DNA from: an uncultured Candidatus Altimarinota bacterium
GTDB taxonomy: Bacteria > Patescibacteriota > Gracilibacteria > BD1-5 > UBA6164
Assembly: GCA_937944175.1 (NCBI GenBank)
Contig: CALDZW010000043.1
Location: forward strand, 1 to 42,224
Direction: 5' to 3'
Length of the DNA: 42,224 bases
Below, in pieces: positions 33,826-42,224 of the stretch. The notes under the pieces are model-generated. The model searched no databases and was not told where the DNA came from. It saw nothing but the letters and a program-made list of their open reading frames with translations. The first letter of the stretch is position 1; each line of letters begins with the position of its first letter. The position numbers and the translations under genes are program-made.

Positions 33826-34755
33826 ATGAAAATAATGGAACTTATCTTTATACTTACATACGAATGTAACTTTCGTTGTACCTACTGTGATATTGACAAA
33901 AGAGATGAAAGTATATCTCAAAAACTATTACAAGATTCAATTGTTTTTTTGGAGAAAAATAATTTTCCGATTAAAAAGGTGAAATTTTTTTGAGGAGAAC
34001 CACTATTAAAAAAGGATTATATTAAATACATTATAGCTAACTTCCCTAAAAGTTATAATCCAGACTTTTACATTACATCAAATTCAACTTTGATTGAAGA
34101 TCAATTTATTGCTTTTATTGAGGACAATAATGTTAAATTGACATTTAGTTTAGATGGTGATATTGAAACTACATCAGTGAATAGATTACTTCAAAACTGA
34201 AAAAATCTCTCACAGGAAATCATAAAAAACTCAGAGAAATATTCAAATCTGATAAGAGTAAATCAAGTTATCACTTCAAAGAATGCAAAGGATTTTTTTA
34301 AGAATTTCTTGTTTATATATAATTTATGAGTTACTAGGTTTAACTTTCTTCCAGAATATTATGCAGAATGGTCAAAAGAGGGGTTGGGGAATTTAAAAAG
34401 ATGATTTCATGAAATAAAAAGATTTTATAATGAAGGGAATAGATTTGAGCTTATAAATCTTGAAAATTACTCAAAAGTAGCATTTTTTAATTTAGGAATA
34501 ATTATTGATACAGATTGAAAGATATATGGGACGAATCTTATTCTCTCTTGAATCTTTGAAAAATATAAGAAGGACTTAGTTATCGGAGACATTCATAATT
34601 GATTAAATTATGACATACATGATAAAGAATTTAATCTCCATTATCAGTCTAAGATAAATAGATTTATTAATAAAGAATACTCCCCAGTAATCTTAAAGTC
34701 TGTTAAGTATGTAGATTTGATATTAAATGACTTTTGTTATAAATTTCACAATTAA
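33826..34755 (+). CDS. Radical SAM enzyme (309 aa, Cys-less SPASM-like tail)
   Basis: All codons were checked. CNFRCTYC at residues 14-21, then FFGGEPLL and SLDG. The C-terminal IIIDTDGKIYGTNL resembles the SPASM beta-hairpin but has no Cys. Stop is TAA at 34753-34755. Confidence 0.8.
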
Positions 34756-34838
34756 ATAAACCAGGAGAATAAAGATTATGAGAATATCCTTCATAACTGT
34801 TTAGCTACAGAATATCTTATTAATCATAGTATCTTAAC

Positions 34839-36119
34839 ATGGAAAATAAAAAAAAGTTAATATTGAAAGAGGCAACTCAGAAAGAAAATCGTATATGGGT
34901 AAGAATTGCATCTGCTTGTAATAACATATGTATTTTTTGCCTTGATAGTGATGCTCAGAATTGAACCTTCCCTGAAGAAGAGAAAATTAAACATGAAATT
35001 AGAGTATGATATATAAAGGGATATGAGAATAGAATTATTATATCTTGATGAGAAGCTAGTATTAATCCTAAATTCTCAAATTATATAGCATATGCTAAGG
35101 AGGTCTGATATAATAAGATTCAAACTGTTACAAATTGAAATATGTTTTTTTCAGAAGAATTTTGTAAAAAAGTTTTTAAAGCATGATTAGAGGAGGTAAC
35201 TTTCTCGTTTCATGGTCATAACTCTACTCTTCATGATTACTTAGTAGCAACTCCATGAGCATTTAAGAAATCTCTCAAGGGATTGATTTATGTTAAGAAA
35301 AACTTCCCAGATATAATTGTGAATATTGACATTGTGGTGAATAAGGTAAATGTAAAGTACCTTCATGATATTGTTAGTTTTTTTATGAAGTTGTGAGTGT
35401 ATGAATATGATATCTTACAAATAGTACCATTTTGAAGAGGATTTTCAAAATATAAAAAACAACTTTTCTATAATATAGAAGATTATTCACAAGAATTGAC
35501 AAATACATGGAAACTGAGCACAATTAATTGAATGTATATGTGGACAAACAGGTTCCCAGCTGAGGCATTTGAATGATATGAAGATTTGATTCAAGATCCT
35601 AGGAAAGTTAAATGAGAGGTTATGTGAGAATGAATCAATATGTTTTCTAAGTTTATAAAAACTAAGTGATTATCTAAGCCAAATTGTTTTTGAGATGCTT
35701 GCAATGTTTGCTTCATTAAACAATATTGTCATAATTTTATAAATAATGTAAATAGGCCTAGTCTTAATTACAACAAAGATAATACCTTCATTCTGAGATG
35801 AGAAGAGTTTCCAAGTGAGGTATATAAAAAATATTGAGAATCTAAAGAAAATTTTTTAGAGTTTTTGCATTGAAAAAAGATGAAAAATATTAAATTAATC
35901 AATGTTCCAAAGTGTTTATGATGAGAATGACTTTTTGAGAAGTACAATGATTTAAATCCTGAGTATGAAATAAATGATTATACTAAAAAGTACATTAAGA
36001 ATTTATATAGAAAAAAATCTTTAAGATGTAATAAATGCAGATATAATGAAACGTGTGAGTGAATTTGAATTAATTTTATAAGAAGTTATTGATTCAATAT
36101 TTTAAAACCAATTATTTAA
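34839..36119 (+). CDS. Radical SAM enzyme with two C-terminal Cys clusters (SPASM-like), 426 aa
   Basis: All codons were checked. CNNICIFC, ISGGEASINP and FSFHGHNSTLHD. Auxiliary motifs CFGDACNVCFIKQYC and VPKCLGG...CNKCRYNETCEGI. Stop is TAA at 36117-36119. Confidence 0.8.
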
Positions 36120-36121
36120 AT

Positions 36122-37066
36122 ATGGCTAATATATGATACATTCAAGTAAATAGACATTGCAACAATGCATGCCATTTTTGTAGTAATCCAAGCAATTGAA
36201 ATAACATTTCTTATGAGAGATGATTAGAATTAATTGATGATTTCATTGAAAAGAAATATCTTGGTATCATCTTTACTTGATGAGAGCCGACATTATCATC
36301 AGATTTAGCTGAATGGATAGAATATGCTAATAAAAAAGGAATAGAGAATAGAATGATATCTAATGGAATGATGTGCTCTAGTAAAGATTATATCAGTAAG
36401 TTATCTAAATCTTGATTGAAATTGATTCATTTTTCTGTGTATTCTTGCTATGAGAAGATTCATGATTTTCTAACGGATACTCCTTGATCTTGGAAGAAGC
36501 TTATGATGAGTATCACTAATGCTCTGAATGCTTGAATAAGAGTGCAAATCAATACAGTTATAAACCATTATAGTGAAAATCATTTAGATGAAACAGTAAG
36601 GTTTATTACTAGGACTTTCCCTCCAATTAAACATTTTGTATGGAACAACTTAGACCCTTTAATGATGAGGAAAACAAAAACTGCAATTTCTACATTGCCA
36701 AATTTTAGAATTTTTAAGGATCCATTAGCTAGAGCAATGAAATTTTTAGAAGCGTCATGAAGAACATTTAGAGTTGAAAGAGTCCCCTTATGTTATATAG
36801 AATGATTTGAGTGGGCATCAACTGAAACAAGAAAAATTGTTAAGGATGAGGAAAGAATTGTTCACTTTTTGGATGAAAGAGAAACTGTGAGACAATATTG
36901 AAAATATTGGGAGCATGACAAAAATAAGGATTGTAAGCAATGTAGCCTTAATAGTATTTGTGCTTGAATTTACAAAAAAGACGATTATTTCAGTAATGTA
37001 AATGTTTACCCTCAAAAGCTTTCTCAAGAGAGGAAAAATATAATTATAAAAAAAATTTTAAAATAG
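36122..37066 (+). CDS. Radical SAM enzyme with a C-terminal 4-Cys (twitch / partial SPASM-like) motif, 314 aa
   Basis: The ATG lies 2 nt after the previous stop. CNNACHFC, FTGGEPTLS and HFSVYSCYEKIHD. C-terminal VPLCYIEG ... CKQCSLNSICAGIY. Stop is TAG at 37064-37066. Confidence 0.8.
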
Positions 37067-38414
37067 ATTGTAAAGTTAAAAGTTTTACTATAAGTAGATT
37101 ACTGCTTATTATGGTAATGATGAATCCTGAAATTATGTATGATCAATAAGGAGATGTTGATAAGAGCTTTATTTGATTTTTTGCTTTGAAATTGGGCGTA
37201 TTTTTTTTTTGAATTCTGGTTATTAAGAGGTGTGCTTGTTTTAGATTCAATACTTCATCTTTTGTTAATGAGTTAGACACTCAAAATATATACTCATTCT
37301 TTATCTTTTCAGTGAGATCTTCTTCATGTCAAAGAATTGAGATAAGATCTTTTTTATCTATATAGTCACCTTCTTCAAGGTCAATAATATTCTTATAATA
37401 ACATTCTCAAATCCCAAAGGTTATTTTGTAACTATAGATTATTATTTTTATAAACACATATATTCATAAATACAATGTAAAGATTCTGAATAATAATGCA
37501 CTCATTTCATAAAAGTGATTGATGAGTTGATAACTTACAAAACTCATAAGCACTATTATAAGTATTCATAATAATATATCTGAAACACGTGCAGGATCTA
37601 TGCTATATGTTTGAGAAATATATTTTTTTATTCTCATAGTAATTGTACGGCATATATAGAGTGATCAGATAAATACTCAAATTAGTAACAATACTAAATA
37701 TATATTATATTTCTGAATAATATCTGAAAACATATTGAGAGTCTGAGTGTTTTCTAGTATAGAATTGAAAAGGTATATTCGAGCTAGTCGTATACTTACA
37801 AAAATGATAAGAAAAATAATAATGAATGTTATTATGATTCTACATGTGTTTCATCACTTGTTTTGTTTGTAAACATTCCATGTGTCAGTGACATCAGTGC
37901 GAACATTAGTGAACAGACTGTTTCTATATTGAGAATTGAAAAGAATTTTCCCAAACCAAAACCAAAAAAAATATCCTAACAAATAAGCAATAGTAACAAG
38001 TGCTATATTACCAATAAAAGGAATCACACCAATATAAGGAATAAATAAACTCAATACCAATAAATACTTAGCATCTCAAGCAGCCCATATTCAAAAATAA
38101 TATAATGCAAAGCTTACAACAAGAGTTAATAAGATTTGAATTGAGAAAAAGAGAGGATTAATGTCAGAAAGTCCTGGAAGATATTCTGGAGCTATTCACA
38201 AAAATAAAATCCCCCACCAAAAAGGAATGAGCATCAATAAAAGCCCTAAATATTTATTAGGGATTTTTTTAGTTTTAATATCTGAAACTACTATCTTGTA
38301 GTTGAAATATAAGAATGGAATAAGAAGAATGTATGTGAAAACTTCCAAGAATACAGTTGTTAGTATAATATAATTTATATACAAGCATTGTAGAAGTATA
38401 GATCTTTTTTGCAA
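37044..38414 (-). CDS. A24-family (prepilin peptidase-like) aspartic membrane peptidase with a large internal insertion, 456 aa
   Basis: Track fragments 38196-38414 and 37854-38060 share a frame. I checked every triplet down to TAA (reverse complement of 37044-37046). First Asp motif VVSDIKTKKIPN, second AAGDAKYLLVL, C-terminal PFGP-like STSPYGSYIISGF. The start is TTG (38412-38414) or a nearby ATT. Confidence 0.65.
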
Positions 38415-38480
38415 AAATTTAATGTTTTTTTAAGCAGATATGATATAATAAAAAATATTACTTATATAAGCAAAAAAGTT

Positions 38481-39743
<1,263 letters not shown>

Positions 39744-39834
39744 GGTCAAAGAATGCAGTCTCTTTCCCTTTGACTAAAGGGAAAGAATTCAAGATAGGGA
39801 TAATTAAAGGATTTAGGTTGTATTTTTATGAAAA

Positions 39835-39871
39835 GCTAGTATTTTAGACTCAATACTAGCCTTTTTATTTT
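39835..39871 (+). terminator. Rho-independent terminator after gdh
   Basis: Stem GCTAGTAT / ATACTAGC followed by CTTTTTATTTT. Confidence 0.6.
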
Positions 39872-39891
39872 GTAAATTGTTATAGATAACC

Positions 39892-41898
39892 ATGAAAGAA
39901 TCACATAAAAAAATCATTGCAGAACTTGAAACTCAAACTATTCCAGATTTACAATTTCTTTTTAGTAATGAAAATTTGAGTGAAGCATCTGAATTATTAA
40001 AAATATTGCTTGAAGATGAAAAGCAAAAGTTTGAAGAGAAGCTTGTTATTCCTGATGATGAAATTTCTTTTGAAACATTTAATGATGAGAGTATCTTGAA
40101 TTATTACTGGAACTATATTCATCACCTCAAGTGAGTATTTTCTTCTGATCAGGTAAGAGAAATTATTGATGAAATTGAACCACTCCTTGTAGACTTTTCA
40201 AATATGGTAAGTTACAGTAAGAGGTATTTTGAGATGCTGACTATCTGTAAGCAGAACTGTGATCTTGATACTGAGCAATGAAAGATTATTGATGATGCCA
40301 TTAAGTCTTATAGAGTAAGGTGAATTGACTTAGAAGAATCAAAACAAGATGATTTAAAAGAAATTTCAAAACAGCTTTCAGAATTAACTACAAAGTTTTC
40401 TAATAATGAGCTTGATAGTCAAAATGAGTTTTTCTATCATGTAGAAGATGATTCTCATATAAAAGATCTTCCAAAAGATGTTTTAGACAGTGCAAAAAAA
40501 TTAGCATGAGAACAGTGAAAACAGGGATTTGTATTTACAGCTAATCCAAATGACTATGTGAACATTATGAAGTTTTGTGATGATAAGAATATCCGACATG
40601 ATTTTTATACAGCAAGAACCTGATATGCTTCTTCGTGAAAGAATGATAATAGGGAGAATGTCTTGAAGATATTACAACTGCGTGAGAAGAAGTCCCATAT
40701 CCTCTGATATAATAACTATGCTGAGCTTTCTCTTGAGTTTAAAATGGCAGATTCTCCAGAGCAGATATTAGAATTAATAGATGGTATTAGTACAAAAGCT
40801 CAAGAAAAATGAAAAGAAGAGATTATTTTTCTAAAAGAATATTTTACACTAGAGACTTTAGATGAATGGGATATGTGATATTATTACCGTAAGTTAAAAG
40901 AGGAAAAATATAAACTAGATGACAAAGAGCTCAAAAAGTATTTTGAATTTGAAGCAGTGATATCATGACTCCATACAATAGTAGGAAAACTTTTTTGAAT
41001 CACTCTTGAAGAAACAACTTCAGAAGAACAAAGGGAAATGTTTGGAGAAGGAAGTGATGTAAGAATTTATAAAGTATATAGATGATGAAAACAAATAGCA
41101 TACTATTTATTAGATCCATTTTATAGGTCAGAGAAAAGAGCCTGAGCATGGGCAGATGATATACGACCAAAGTATAAAGGAAAGCTCCCATTTGTTATTA
41201 ATGTGTGTAATTTTACAAAGAATGAAGATGTAACACTCCTTTCTCTTTGAGAAGTACAAACAATTTTTCATGAATTTGGTCACGCTACTCATGAAATGCT
41301 TGGGACATCACCACATAGTGACCTTACATGATTTGAGGTTGAATGGGATTTTGTAGAGGTGCCTTCACAGTTTTTAGAACATTGGTGTGAGGAAGAAGAA
41401 AGTTTGAAATTGTTTGCAAAGCATTATCAAACATGAGAGGTCTTGCCACAACACTACATAGAGACTCTTAAAATTCTTGATACTATCTGAAATGGAAATT
41501 TTGTACTTAAACAAAATGAATATACATATGTTGATATGCTTCTTCATTCACAAAAATGTCCAGATTCAGTTGAAGCGCTTGATTCTGTAATACATGAAAT
41601 AGTTACAAAGTATTCAAATTTTCCTAAACAAGAAAATTATAGACCCTATACATCTTTCTCTCATATTTTTTCATGAGGATATGCTGCAGGTTACTATTCA
41701 TATATGTGGGCTGAGATATTGGAATTAGATATTCTGAGAGAATTCAAAAAAAAATGAATGTTTAATAAAAAGTTATCACAAAAATATACTCAGATTATCT
41801 TGGAAGGCTGATCAACAAAGCCAGCAAAAGAATTGTTTGAAAAATTTATGTGACGAGAAGTTGATTTACAATGATTTTTTGAGAAAAAATGAATATAG
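39892..41898 (+). CDS. M3-family zinc metallopeptidase (oligopeptidase A / dipeptidyl carboxypeptidase-like)
   Basis: ATG at 39892. HEXXH motif in [14 protein letters not shown] and the downstream Glu in [11 protein letters not shown]-terminal [14 protein letters not shown]. Stop is TAG at 41896-41898. 668 aa. Confidence 0.85.
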
Positions 41899-42022
41899 CT
41901 TATGTTAATGTCTATGTTATAAAAATGAGAACATAAGCACTCTTTACAGCGTTAAAAAGTCTATATTTTTTGCTTAAATTCATGGGATATTCATTAATTT
42001 GTAAAAAAGTCAAAAAAAAGTT

Positions 42023-42050
42023 TTGACTAATGTTTGATTCGCTCTATACT
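42023..42050 (+). promoter_or_regulatory. Candidate rRNA-operon promoter with an A-rich UP-like element
   Basis: TTGACT (42023-42028), a 16-nt spacer, then TATACT (42045-42050). It is preceded by GTAAAAAAGTCAAAAAAAAG and lies about 170 nt upstream of the AGAGTTTG at the window end. Confidence 0.45.
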
Positions 42051-42216
42051 CGTTTTGCTTTCGAGTGATTCAAAAGCCACAACCAGTTCATTAAAATAGC
42101 CAGAAATATTAGAAAGAATTAAACAAATTTCAATTGAGAGTTTTTTATCTTGATGATTAGGAAAAACTAAAAAAAAACAGTCCATCTATTATATAGATGA
42201 ACACAATACGTTAAAA

Positions 42217-42224
42217 AGAGTTTG
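42217..42224 (+). rRNA. Possible first 8 nt of 16S rRNA (window truncated)
   Basis: The window ends in AGAGTTTG, which matches the start of the universal 16S 5' sequence AGAGTTTGATCMTGGCTCAG. It lies in a non-coding region behind a strong promoter. Eight nt is weak evidence on its own. Confidence 0.3.

Noticed and set aside
30260-37066. Assigning one of the downstream radical SAM genes as the missing HxsC.
   Set aside because: I cannot recognise HxsC-specific features by eye. All six have the Cys motif at the extreme N-terminus, and three are clear paralogs of each other. The question is left open pending an HMM search.

Overview
This is an AT-rich, gene-dense bacterial window that is only coherent under genetic code 25 (TGA = Gly). 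That code is used by the Gracilibacteria / Absconditabacteria-SR1 lineage of the Candidate Phyla Radiation. The supplied standard-code ORF track is therefore badly fragmented. I re-translated both strands by eye with TGA = Gly and recovered about 36 uninterrupted genes, all ending in TAA or TAG.

Left half: housekeeping genes (uvrA 3' end, murB, an rRNA m5C methyltransferase, a pseudouridine synthase, a GtrA-like protein, an exonuclease-DinG helicase). Then a type IV pilus module (two membrane proteins, pilB, pilC). Then a 1165-aa acidic SLH-type S-layer candidate with a consensus promoter and strong terminators. Then a cyclophilin-FKBP fusion beside a paralogous FKBP lipoprotein that carries a 12-bp tandem repeat, followed by mfd, tsaB and a bPH-domain membrane protein.

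Right half, the main point of interest: a 13.5-kb co-directional cluster (23510-37066). It encodes a His-Xaa-Ser-repeat peptide (HxsA-like), two HxsD-like proteins, an HxsB-like radical SAM enzyme and six further radical SAM enzymes (seven in total). One of these is HemN-like and four carry C-terminal Cys patterns or a Cys-less remnant of the SPASM/twitch type. The cluster also holds a membrane-anchored protein and a sugar module (GT2-like, dTDP-glucose 4,6-dehydratase-like, DegT-type aminotransferase). No transporter, protease, transposase or integrase is present in it.

The cluster is followed by an oversized A24 prepilin-peptidase-like gene, gdh and an M3 oligopeptidase. The window then ends in what looks like an rRNA-operon leader plus the first 8 nt of 16S rRNA. 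I recognised no tRNA, CRISPR array or mobile element.

All calls rest on by-eye translation and motif recognition. No database search or computation was run, so family names should be confirmed with HMM searches using translation table 25.
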